From positions 28,892-92,891 of the forward strand of contig CAZFGP010000001.1 in the NCBI GenBank assembly GCA_964518685.1: a DNA stretch of 64,000 bases, written 5' to 3'. The position numbers were made by a program, and so were the translations under genes. The notes under the pieces were generated by a model, which made no database searches, was not told the origin of the DNA, and saw only the letters and a program-made list of their open reading frames with translations. Shown here one piece after another: positions 11,301 through 19,028 of this stretch (its first letter is position 1; every line of letters begins with the position of its first letter). Source of the stretch: an uncultured Terrimonas sp. GTDB taxonomy: Bacteria; Bacteroidota; Bacteroidia; Chitinophagales; Chitinophagaceae.

Positions 11301-11578
11301 TTTTCATTCAATCCTATATTGCCGATGAATGCGCGGTTAATACCTACACGCTTCATCGCCTCCAGGTCTTTTTCAACACCTTCTTTTGAAATATTATCTG
11401 ATATCCAGTACCAGTATATGCTGGTTTGGATGGAATCGGGCGGAACGATAAAACCTTTTTCCAGTCCCGCCAGGCTTTTACCCGTTACGGATTGTCCACT
11501 AACATTTAAATTGATCGCATACAATAATACTGCGATGACGGCGCCCATTCTTCCGCAACAGATAATGGTTTTACGCAT
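8312..11578 (-). CDS. Glycoside hydrolase family 106 alpha-L-rhamnosidase (resembles the BT0986 RG-II type)
   Basis: PPDSIQTSIYWYWISDNISKEG...MKRVGINRAFIGNIG, GWSQSGGPW, DSYETG, AESFT and C-terminal NTWVNRLIGD...SGLLGPV. Signal peptide present. Confidence 0.85.
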   Translation of the reverse strand: MRKTIICCGRMGAVIAVLLYAINLNVSGQSVTGKSLAGLEKGFIVPPDSIQTSIYWYWISDNISKEGVEKDLEAMKRVGINRAFIGNIGLNENETRYGKVKIFTDEWWDILHAALKKATELNIEIGIFNSPGWSQSGGPWIKPEQAMRYLSSTTTIIEGGNKIPQLLPAPEGFQDVKVIAFPAPAEYGSRINDLAPEITTIPQLQNSAVLFDMDTERDIPVAPGESLSIELKCVDPYTARNIIVYPAHRNMKIEVELQTKQDEGYQTIKKFTVDRSNNELHVGWEKYAPVSESFTAVTARAFRIIITHQAGNAGIAEIVLSSLPNVERYVEKTLAKMFPTPLPYWKEYQWPQQAPVDKKEMVINPAAVIDITAYMNKEGQLNWSAPKGKWIVLRTGMLPTGVTNSPASKEGTGLEVDKMSSRHAAAHFDAYMGEILRRIPAEDRKTWKLIVEDSYETGGQNWTDDFILGFKSRYGYDPVPFIPALYGTVVGSQDQSDRFLWDLRRFVADNVAYEYVGGLRKVSHQHGLKTWLENYGHWGFPGEFLQYGGQSDEIGGEFWSEGDLGNIENRAASSSAHIYGKRKVSAESFTAAGKTFARYPAMLKQRGDRFFTEGINNTLLHVYIHQPYEDKMPGVNTWFGTEFNRFNTWYDDMDMFISYLKRCNFLLQQGTYVADVAYFIGEDAPKMTGITDPPLPKGYSFDYINAEVIETRLSVKDGRFVLPDGMSYKILVLPKLTTMRPELLSKILELVQQGGVVLGPRPDRSPSLQNYGKADEEIKRMATQLWGNSDGTNYGIHRVGKGIVINGMDMQQALDFLKIIPDLKTAADDPVLFIHRFLDDGELYFISNQSNKRVEISPSFRITGKKPEQWNAVNGKMRDLPLYTVQEQSTIIPLVLEGYESMFIMFRKDTNGNQPNEQLENFPSPQTVFLVSTPWNVQFDPAARGPVHPVVFNQLLDWSTHPEDSIKYYSGSAWYTNTFKAGRRKHGERILLNIGEVTAMAKVRINGKEVGGVWTAPYTVDITDAVKKGRNTLEIKVVNTWVNRLIGDQQVAKDQQKTWTIINLYKADSPLQRSGLLGPVKIQSLRYK

Positions 11579-11636
11579 AGCTTTCCAGTTTCTTTAAGAT
11601 GGAAAAATACAGCAAATTTGTGACACCTGGTACTTC

Positions 11637-11686
11637 GGAGTGGCAAGTGGAGGAGTGACAAGCAGGGGGTGACGAACGGGAGAGAC
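11637..11686. repeat. Degenerate ~14-bp purine-rich tandem repeat (GGAGTGRCAAG-like, ~3.5 units)
   Basis: Units ggagtggcaagtgga / ggagtgacaagcag / ggggtgacgaacg / ggagagac, between the DUF1080 and GH106 genes. Confidence 0.5.
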
Positions 11687-11693
11687 CTATCGC

Positions 11694-12344
11694 TTATGGT
11701 AACGGTCGTACCATAATATCTTTATAATAGATCACACTTTTAGGATCATGGGCCTGAAGAGCAAAAGTACCGTCAGAAATTACTCTTCCCGGATGCCCCT
11801 CTGAAGCTACTGCTCCCTCGGGCTCTGTCCAGTCAATAATGGTTTGCCCATTAATTTTAGTAACCACGTGCTTCCCAATGACGGTAATAGACATTTCAAA
11901 CCATTCATTATCTTTTACAAAAGTGGCTGCTGTGTCTTTGATATCATACAGACCGGCCGTTCTCTTCCAGTCGGTATGCGAGTTGTTCACCTGTACTTCA
12001 AATCCATCGTCAGGGAAGCCTCTTTGCTGGAATTTAGTGTGGAAATAAACGCCCGAATTAGAACCCGGTTCTGTTTTAATTTTCAATTTCAGTTCAAAAT
12101 TTTTGAAATCGTGATTTTGTACCGGTCCGTCATAATATAAATGAGAACGTTTACCGGCCACCTTTATGCTACCATCTACCACGCTAAATGAAGGTCCCTC
12201 ACTCTCTTTCCAGCCATTTAAGGTTTTTCCATCAAAAAGACTGATCCATTTTCCACTGCTTTTACTGCTGCTTTTAACTTTAGACTGGCTGCTGCAGGCA
12301 ACAATCGTTAGTGTTGCTGCAAGGAAGAAGATTGCTTTTTTCAC
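11694..12344 (-). CDS. DUF1080 (3-keto-disaccharide hydrolase-like) lipoprotein
   Basis: WISLFDGKTLNGW, NSGVYF, FEVQV and GTFALQAH motifs. Lipobox IVAC. Likely GTG start at 12344. Confidence 0.85.
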   Translation of the reverse strand: MKKAIFFLAATLTIVACSSQSKVKSSSKSSGKWISLFDGKTLNGWKESEGPSFSVVDGSIKVAGKRSHLYYDGPVQNHDFKNFELKLKIKTEPGSNSGVYFHTKFQQRGFPDDGFEVQVNNSHTDWKRTAGLYDIKDTAATFVKDNEWFEMSITVIGKHVVTKINGQTIIDWTEPEGAVASEGHPGRVISDGTFALQAHDPKSVIYYKDIMVRPLP

Positions 12345-12572
12345 TTTTAAATATTTTGTGAAAGGTATGAAAACGGCGGCAAAAAAACACGCAGACCCTG
12401 AATAATTAAAAATCCCCACAACAGCCTGAACAAAATTTCGGTTTCACCCAACAACCCTTCTTTAGCAGTTTGGATATTCTTATAATTCAACAACGCTAAA
12501 TGCTTTTCCCTATCAACCGATTTATGACGATGAGAAAGTAATAGGATGCGATATGAACAACTAACGCCCAGG

Positions 12573-13487
12573 TTAAACATTTTTTCTGGAAATATTTCTC
12601 GTATCTGCCTTCCTGAATCCCATGATTTTAATCTCCCTGCCCTTCCCCACTTCCACAATAGCATAACTATTGTTTCCAACCCCCTCTCCTTCAATTACAG
12701 CCTTCAAAGTATAATAGGGAATACCGTTGATGGTATTGAAACTGCCTTCGTGATAATGCCCCTGAAAAACCATCATCACTATACCCGATTTTTCAAGTAT
12801 CATTCTTACCTTGTCTGCATTATCAGGACAATAGATATGATGTTTGGGTTCAAAAGCCGGGCTATCCAACTGCTGATGTACGAATACAATCGTGGGTCGC
12901 CTATGTTTTTTCAAATCGGCTTCCAGCCATCGTAGTTGCGCTTCGGGAATATGACAATCCTTCCAGTCAAAATTTCCGCAATTATAACTTATCCCTTCAC
13001 GGGTATAATTAGCATCCAGCACGACAAAATGAAGCGGTCCTTTATTAAAGGAGTAATAACTTTTCGCTTGCGCAAAACCGGTATTCGTTATTTTGCCCAG
13101 AAACTGCTCTTTGGAAATGGAATCCATGTCGTGGTTGCCCAATACATGATACTGCGCTCCCTTAAATTTTCTAAATTCAGATTCTATGGTTGTAAGATAA
13201 TGCAACGTTTCTTCCTTATTAGGGTGTACATTCTGATCTTTGAAATCGCCTAATTCTATCAGAAAGTCCACCTTTTGCTCGTTCATCAATTCTACACATT
13301 CCGCTAATTTGGATAACGATTGCTTATAATATCTTGTTCCCAACGGATCGCGATCGGCATAATGAAGGTCTGTTACAATGCCAAATCGGACCGGCTTAGT
13401 CCCGGGGCACCCAATCTCCGCAACTGCAGAAAATTTAGCCCCGGCAACTAAGGTTAATGAGGATAGCAGAAACCTTTTTCTATTCAT
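12573..13487 (-). CDS. Calcineurin-like metallophosphoesterase with Tat-like signal
   Basis: DLH, LGD, GNHD, HQ and GHYH motifs. The N-terminus NRKRFLL resembles a twin-arginine variant. Confidence 0.85.
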   Translation of the reverse strand: MNRKRFLLSSLTLVAGAKFSAVAEIGCPGTKPVRFGIVTDLHYADRDPLGTRYYKQSLSKLAECVELMNEQKVDFLIELGDFKDQNVHPNKEETLHYLTTIESEFRKFKGAQYHVLGNHDMDSISKEQFLGKITNTGFAQAKSYYSFNKGPLHFVVLDANYTREGISYNCGNFDWKDCHIPEAQLRWLEADLKKHRRPTIVFVHQQLDSPAFEPKHHIYCPDNADKVRMILEKSGIVMMVFQGHYHEGSFNTINGIPYYTLKAVIEGEGVGNNSYAIVEVGKGREIKIMGFRKADTRNISRKNV

Positions 13488-13488
13488 A

Positions 13489-14322
13489 TCAAAAATCTCC
13501 TAAAGTCTCGGGTAACTGATTCAGCGCTTTTTTTAACTGTTCATCATTGGGGGCAATACCATGCCATTCGTGATGTCCTTCCATAAAATCCACTCCTTTA
13601 CCCATAATGGTACGCATCATAATAGCTACCGGTTTTCCTTTACCAGTCCTTGTCTTAGCCTGATTTAAGACAGCAATCAAATCATCCATATCATTTCCAT
13701 CAACGGATAATACTTCCCACCCAAAGGATTCAAACTTATGACCGATGTCGCCAAGATCCATTACTTTTCGGGTAGGACCGTCAATTTGCTGTCCATTCCA
13801 GTCAACCGTTGCAATCAAATTATCCACCTTGTTGTGAGCAGCAAACATTATGGCTTCCCAGTTTTGCCCTTCATCTAATTCTCCATCACCCTGCAGGGAA
13901 AACACCAGCTTGTCATCATTATTCAGTTTTTTCGCTAATGCAGCGCCAATAGCTACACTTAAACCCTGACCCAACGACCCTGAAGCAACCCGCACCCCTG
14001 GTAAATGTTCATGAGTGGCTGGATGTCCCTGCAGTCGCGAATTCAATCTCCGGAAAGTAGTCAGTTCACTCACCGGAAAATAACCCGAACGGGCGAGAGT
14101 GGCATAGAATAACGGCGAAATATGACCATTTGAAAGAAAAAACAAATCTTCTCCTTTACCATCCATATTAAACGATGGATGGTGATGCATTATCCTGAAA
14201 TAAAGGACTGTCAAAAAATCAGCACATCCCAGAGAGCCTCCGGGATGTCCACTCTGACAGGCATGTACCATTCTTACAATATCCCTTCTTATTTGAGTAG
14301 CTATGTCTTTTAATTCTGGCAT
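13489..14322 (-). CDS. Transketolase, N-terminal (TPP-binding) subunit
   Basis: SGHPGGSLG, LSNGH, LQGHP, GSLGQG and the GDGE...N TPP-binding motif. At 277 aa it is the split-type N subunit. Confidence 0.92.
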   Translation of the reverse strand: MPELKDIATQIRRDIVRMVHACQSGHPGGSLGCADFLTVLYFRIMHHHPSFNMDGKGEDLFFLSNGHISPLFYATLARSGYFPVSELTTFRRLNSRLQGHPATHEHLPGVRVASGSLGQGLSVAIGAALAKKLNNDDKLVFSLQGDGELDEGQNWEAIMFAAHNKVDNLIATVDWNGQQIDGPTRKVMDLGDIGHKFESFGWEVLSVDGNDMDDLIAVLNQAKTRTGKGKPVAIMMRTIMGKGVDFMEGHHEWHGIAPNDEQLKKALNQLPETLGDF

Positions 14323-14344
14323 AATTTTTAGTTTATATAAGGGT

Positions 14345-14352
14345 CAAAACTA
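14345..14352 (-). promoter_or_regulatory. Bacteroidota sigma-ABfr -7 box (TAGTTTTG) for the transketolase gene
   Basis: Matches TAnnTTTG about 22 bp upstream of the start codon. Confidence 0.5.
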
Positions 14353-14541
14353 AATCAAACTGCTGAATTGGGCATAAAGGAACAGAAGAAAAAAATATAG
14401 TACGCGTGTACAATACTATCACCGGGTGCCAACCGTTCTATATTACTATTACGTATTTCCTTTTAGGACCCCATTGATTTAAATAGAATTTATGCGTTCT
14501 AAATAATTGTCATATTTTCGCACCTCAAAAAAGCGGACCGG

Positions 14542-15675
14542 ATGGAGATCATTTTGCTGACAATGACATTGGCTTTTATAATTACGTTTACTGCTATACC
14601 GGTAATTATCAATGTTTCTAAAATAAAGAAACTGTATGACCTTCCTAATGCAAGAAAGATCCATGCCAGACCAATACCTTCTCTCGGAGGACTGGGCATA
14701 TTTGCCGGCTTTATCATCGCGTGTCTGATGACAATTCCATTAAAAAGCGCTTCCGGATTTCAATATTTTTTTGCCGCTTCGCTGGTTATTTTCTTTCTGG
14801 GTTTAAAGGATGACATTCTCATTCTTACTCCTATGAAAAAGATAATCGGTCAGGCTATTGCTGCTTTTATCATAATCTACAAGGGCGGCATCGTCATCAA
14901 TAGCATGCATGGTTTTCTGGGCGTACATGAAATGCCGGAAATGATTGGGATGGCATTAACCTACTTGACTGTAATCGTAATCATTAACTCCTTTAACCTG
15001 ATAGACGGGGTTGACGGACTTGCCGGTGGATTAGGCATATTTACCACAATGGTTTTTGGTGTTTATTTTTACCTGGTGGGGGAAGTACATTATGCAACTC
15101 TCGGACTGGCAATGAGTGGCAGTTTACTGGCTTTTTTAATTTTCAACCGTTCTCCGGCACGTATTTTCATGGGTGATACCGGATCTTTATTAATTGGTTT
15201 GATTAACGCTATTTTGGCTATCCATTTTATCAATATTGCAGATGACCCCGGAACCATACTTAAATTGAACGCTCCGCCGGCAATAGCCATTTCGCTGCTT
15301 ATTATACCATTATTTGATACCTTAAGAGTTTTTGCAATCCGGATTTTTAATCGCCGTTCACCTTTCAGTCCTGATAGAAATCATATACATCATATTTTGT
15401 TAGACCGGGGGATGAGTCATACTGCAGTATGTCTCTCATTAGTTATGGCCAATATTCTTTTTGTGACTATAGCCTACCTCCTCAATCCGCTTAATATAAA
15501 TTTGATTATTCCGATTTTATTAAGCATTGCTTTCGGCGCTTTCGCACTGGTATATTTCACCAAACCTAAAATAATTGTAGTTGTAAAAACAGAAACCAGC
15601 GATATTATACACCTTGCCAATGGCTCTCAGATCCTGCCTTTAACAGCCGCACCAAAGGCAGCTGAACAGAACTAA
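14542..15675 (+). CDS. MraY/WecA-family undecaprenyl-phosphate sugar-1-phosphate transferase (GT4_MraY-like)
   Basis: RKIHARPIPSLGG, GLKDD, NSFNLIDGVDGL, FMGDTG and DRNHIHH motifs. Multi-pass membrane protein. Confidence 0.9.
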   Translation: MEIILLTMTLAFIITFTAIPVIINVSKIKKLYDLPNARKIHARPIPSLGGLGIFAGFIIACLMTIPLKSASGFQYFFAASLVIFFLGLKDDILILTPMKKIIGQAIAAFIIIYKGGIVINSMHGFLGVHEMPEMIGMALTYLTVIVIINSFNLIDGVDGLAGGLGIFTTMVFGVYFYLVGEVHYATLGLAMSGSLLAFLIFNRSPARIFMGDTGSLLIGLINAILAIHFINIADDPGTILKLNAPPAIAISLLIIPLFDTLRVFAIRIFNRRSPFSPDRNHIHHILLDRGMSHTAVCLSLVMANILFVTIAYLLNPLNINLIIPILLSIAFGAFALVYFTKPKIIVVVKTETSDIIHLANGSQILPLTAAPKAAEQN

Positions 15676-15705
15676 CCTATTATTTATTTTCTCAGCTTCA
15701 TTCGT

Positions 15706-15713
15706 TAGCTTTG
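15706..15713 (+). promoter_or_regulatory. -7 promoter box TAGCTTTG for frr
   Basis: TAnnTTTG consensus 25 bp upstream of the frr ATG. Confidence 0.55.
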
Positions 15714-15738
15714 CGGCACATCCAACGTTTTTATTTAT

Positions 15739-16302
15739 ATGTCGGAAGAAGTATCATTAGTGTTAGAACTTACTGAAGATGGAATGAAAAAAGCCATCGT
15801 TCATTTAGAGTCCGAACTCGTTAAGATCAGAGCCGGCAGGGCAACTCCCCAAATGCTTGATGGACTGATCGTTGATTATTATGGTTCTCCAACCCCCATA
15901 AACCAGGTAGGTAATATCTCTGTTACGGATGCCAGAACCATCACTATTCAGCCCTGGGAAAAGAATATGCTGCAACCTATTGAACGGAGTATTATTGCAG
16001 CAAATATTGGTATTAATCCACAAAATGACGGCATCATTATACGCTTATTCCTGCCTCCTTTAACAGGAGAAAGAAGAAAAGAACTGGTGAAAAAGGTAAA
16101 TGCAGAAGGTGAGCAATCCAGGGTGGCGGTGCGCAGTATCCGCCGGGATGCTATAGAAGATATTAAAAAACTACAGAAAAGTGGGTTAAGTGAAGATGAA
16201 GGAAAAGATGCAGAAAAGGAAATTCAGCAATTAACCACTAAATATATAGCCTCTATTGATGCCTGCCTGATTACCAAAGAAAAGGAAATTATGGCGGTAT
16301 AG
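15739..16302 (+). CDS. frr: Ribosome recycling factor
   Basis: IRAGRA, VDYYG, IQPWEK, PPLTGERRKELVK and RSIRRDA motifs. Confidence 0.97.
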   Translation: MSEEVSLVLELTEDGMKKAIVHLESELVKIRAGRATPQMLDGLIVDYYGSPTPINQVGNISVTDARTITIQPWEKNMLQPIERSIIAANIGINPQNDGIIIRLFLPPLTGERRKELVKKVNAEGEQSRVAVRSIRRDAIEDIKKLQKSGLSEDEGKDAEKEIQQLTTKYIASIDACLITKEKEIMAV

Positions 16303-16657
16303 AATTTGCAGGAGACAAATACGTCTGAAACAAAATCCCCGGACTTTAGTGTATTGTTTGTGAATAACTACTCTTCTACTGAAAGAAATAATCATTTCTT
16401 TTAAAATATATTTGAACTTGTTTCACGGGCCGGGTCTAAAGATGTCGCTATCGGTGATATATTCGGTTGGCAGCGACAGCGATCAATAGCAAATATTAAT
16501 GATGGTTAGTGGCAACTGCAAATTCTGGTTTCCGGTTTTTGCAATGAATCCTTTATGAATCGTGCAACCTATTTCAAAATTGAAACGACATATTACACGG
16601 AATGATTAAATGAACAATTTCGGTAAAAACACTTTTCACAATTAAAAAATCAATGCT

Positions 16658-17029
16658 ATGGGTTTACTCAAGGAATTTAAGGCCTTTGCTTTCAAAGGCA
16701 ATGTTGTTGATCTGGCTGTTGCTGTAATCATCGGAGGTGCATTCGGAACTATTGTTTCGTCATTAGTAGACGATGTAATAACCCCGCTGTTACTTACTCC
16801 GGCACTGCAGGCTGCACATGCAGAAAATCTGGATCAACTGATGTGGGGCGCTGTAAAATACGGTTCTTTCCTCTCGGCTGTTATCAAGTTTATCATTATC
16901 GCATTTATTCTTTTCCTGATTATTAAGGCGGTAAAAAGTTTTGAAAAAACAGAAACTCCCCCGCCACCTCCAGGTCCTTCATCTACAGATCAGTTGTTGA
17001 TGGAAATCAGAGATGCCTTAAAAAAATAA
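16658..17029 (+). CDS. mscL: Large-conductance mechanosensitive channel
   Basis: LKEFKAFAFKGNVVDLAVAVIIGGAF, YGSFL and LLMEIRDAL motifs. Confidence 0.97.
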   Translation: MGLLKEFKAFAFKGNVVDLAVAVIIGGAFGTIVSSLVDDVITPLLLTPALQAAHAENLDQLMWGAVKYGSFLSAVIKFIIIAFILFLIIKAVKSFEKTETPPPPPGPSSTDQLLMEIRDALKK

Positions 17030-17062
17030 TCGTTTTCAAACTGTTGATGTTAATAATATTGT

Positions 17063-17094
17063 AATACCCGGGACTTTAAAACCACCCGGGTATT
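17063..17094. terminator. Hairpin after mscL (terminator or REP-like)
   Basis: Perfect 10-bp inverted repeat aatacccggg / cccgggtatt with a 12-nt loop, followed by gattttct. Confidence 0.55.
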
Positions 17095-17149
17095 GATTTT
17101 CTATTTATTCCATCCGTTTTTAATACTTTCGCGGCAAATTTTAAAACCC

Positions 17150-18103
17150 ATGAAAAAATTCTTATTGAGTGCTTTCTTATTTTCAGTAGTTATTTCCCAC
17201 ACGCTTTACAGCCAGGATCAAAATGTAACGCAATTGAAAGCAGAAGCGGGACGCAAGATCACCAAGGATACCAAAGACACCTCCTCGCAAATATGGAAAA
17301 AAGGAGGCTTATTCAGTGTAAATATAAATCAGGGAGCCTTAAGCAACTGGGCTGCAGGAGGCGATAAATCATCTCTGTCTGTAGCATCGCTGGTAAATCT
17401 TTACGCTTTCTATAAAAAAGACAGACAAATATGGGACAACACCTTAGATCTTGCTTATGGTTTTGTAAATACCACCAGCTTAGGCAGTCGTAAGGCCGAT
17501 GACAGATTTGATTTTCTTTCCAAATACGGCTATCAGTTCAGCAAAGATAGCTGGTATGGCAGTGCTTTATTTAATCTCAGAACACAATTTACAAAAGGAT
17601 ATAACTATCCGGGCAGTGATCCTAAAGTGCTCACTTCCAACTTTTTTTCACCGGCATATATGCTAATCTCACCGGGCGTAACCTACCAGCCCAACAGCAA
17701 CTTTTCTGCTTCCCTGTCGCCCGTAACTGGGAGATGGACCATCGTATCGGATAAAATATTATCGGGTGCAGGCGCTTATGGCGTAGATCCCGGAAAAACC
17801 GTTAAATCTGAGTTTGGGGCTTTTGGATCTGTTAACTACAAGACTAATATAGGTGAAACCACCACCTATGCCGGACGACTTGATCTTTTTTCCAACTATT
17901 TGCATAATCCGCAGAACATAGACCTTTATATGACCAATATGCTGTTGGTGAAGGTATCTAAGCTTATTACCGTAAGCCTGTCGCTAGATATGATCTATGA
18001 TGACGATATAAAATCCGTAGATGCAGAAGGAAATCCGGCGGGACCCAAAATGCAGTTAAAAGAAATGATGGGAATCGGTCTTTCCTATCGTTTTAAGAAC
18101 TAA
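17150..18103 (+). CDS. DUF3078 outer-membrane beta-barrel protein
   Basis: WKKGG...NQ..SNWAAGG, RKADD, SKYG, TQF..GY and LDLFSNY motifs. Signal peptide from ATG 17150. C-terminal aromatic residues. Confidence 0.8.
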   Translation: MKKFLLSAFLFSVVISHTLYSQDQNVTQLKAEAGRKITKDTKDTSSQIWKKGGLFSVNINQGALSNWAAGGDKSSLSVASLVNLYAFYKKDRQIWDNTLDLAYGFVNTTSLGSRKADDRFDFLSKYGYQFSKDSWYGSALFNLRTQFTKGYNYPGSDPKVLTSNFFSPAYMLISPGVTYQPNSNFSASLSPVTGRWTIVSDKILSGAGAYGVDPGKTVKSEFGAFGSVNYKTNIGETTTYAGRLDLFSNYLHNPQNIDLYMTNMLLVKVSKLITVSLSLDMIYDDDIKSVDAEGNPAGPKMQLKEMMGIGLSYRFKN

Positions 18104-18113
18104 ATTAGAGGTT

Positions 18114-18902
18114 GTGAATACAGAATCCTATCAAATTATATTGCCTCAGTTCGAAGGACCTTTTGATCTTTTGTTGTTTTTTATTGAGCGGGACGAACTG
18201 GATATTTACGATATTCAGATTACAAAGATCGTCAACGATTTCTTGAGTTATATCCGCAGTATGGAAGAACTCAGCATTGAGCTTAGCAGTGAGTTTATTC
18301 TTTTTATTTCTAGCCTGATGCGCATAAAAGCAAAAATGCTTTTGCCCAGAAAGGAATTAGACGAGCAGGGAAATGAAATTGATCCCAGACAGGAACTGGT
18401 GGACAAACTGCTCGAATACAAACGCTTCAAGGAAGCCTCAGTAAAGATGGCTGAAATGGAAGCCGAGCGCATGTTAATGGTAAAAAGAGGCAATATCCAA
18501 AAAGAAATGCTGCAGGTAGGGCAGGAAGCCGGCGAAGGCACTGAGATACAAACTATCACCCTGTTTAAGCTGATGAAGGCCTTTGAACGGGTGATGCAGC
18601 GTATGCACGACCGGAATAACAAACCCCAACATGTTGTTTATAATTATAACTATACCATGGAAAACAGCAGGGAATATATGCTGGACATGGTACACCAGGA
18701 GAAAACGGTGACCTTTGAAAAGGTCTTCGAGGTGTGTGAAAACCGAATTCACGCCATTTTTCTTTTTCTTTCGATGCTGGAATTGATCCAGCAGAAATAT
18801 ATGAGCATCATCACCGGTGAGGGCAGAAATAACTTCATCGTGGAATGGAATGAAAACCGGGAGGAATTACTGGAACAGGAGGAAAATGGAGAAGAATCAT
18901 AG
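18114..18902 (+). CDS. scpA: Segregation/condensation protein A
   Basis: FEGPFDLLLFFI..ELDIYDI, IKAKMLLP, DPRQELV..LLEYKRFK and FLSMLEL motifs. GTG start. Confidence 0.92.
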   Translation: MNTESYQIILPQFEGPFDLLLFFIERDELDIYDIQITKIVNDFLSYIRSMEELSIELSSEFILFISSLMRIKAKMLLPRKELDEQGNEIDPRQELVDKLLEYKRFKEASVKMAEMEAERMLMVKRGNIQKEMLQVGQEAGEGTEIQTITLFKLMKAFERVMQRMHDRNNKPQHVVYNYNYTMENSREYMLDMVHQEKTVTFEKVFEVCENRIHAIFLFLSMLELIQQKYMSIITGEGRNNFIVEWNENREELLEQEENGEES

Positions 18903-18987
18903 TATCATATTTTCTACGTTTGAAATGTTCTGCATTCACCTTAAGGAATGGTAACATTAATAACAATTCGTCTTGAAGAGTATCCAT

Positions 18988-18995
18988 TACCTTTG
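18988..18995 (+). promoter_or_regulatory. -7 promoter box TACCTTTG for the dsbD-like gene
   Basis: TAnnTTTG consensus upstream of ATG 19029. Confidence 0.5.
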
Positions 18996-19028
18996 CTGCA
19001 TATTTTTTATAAAGGGTTACCATCGTCC

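Noticed and set aside
18114..18902. scpA without adjacent scpB or smc
   Set aside because: Dispersed scpA/scpB/smc genes are common and not notable from this window alone.
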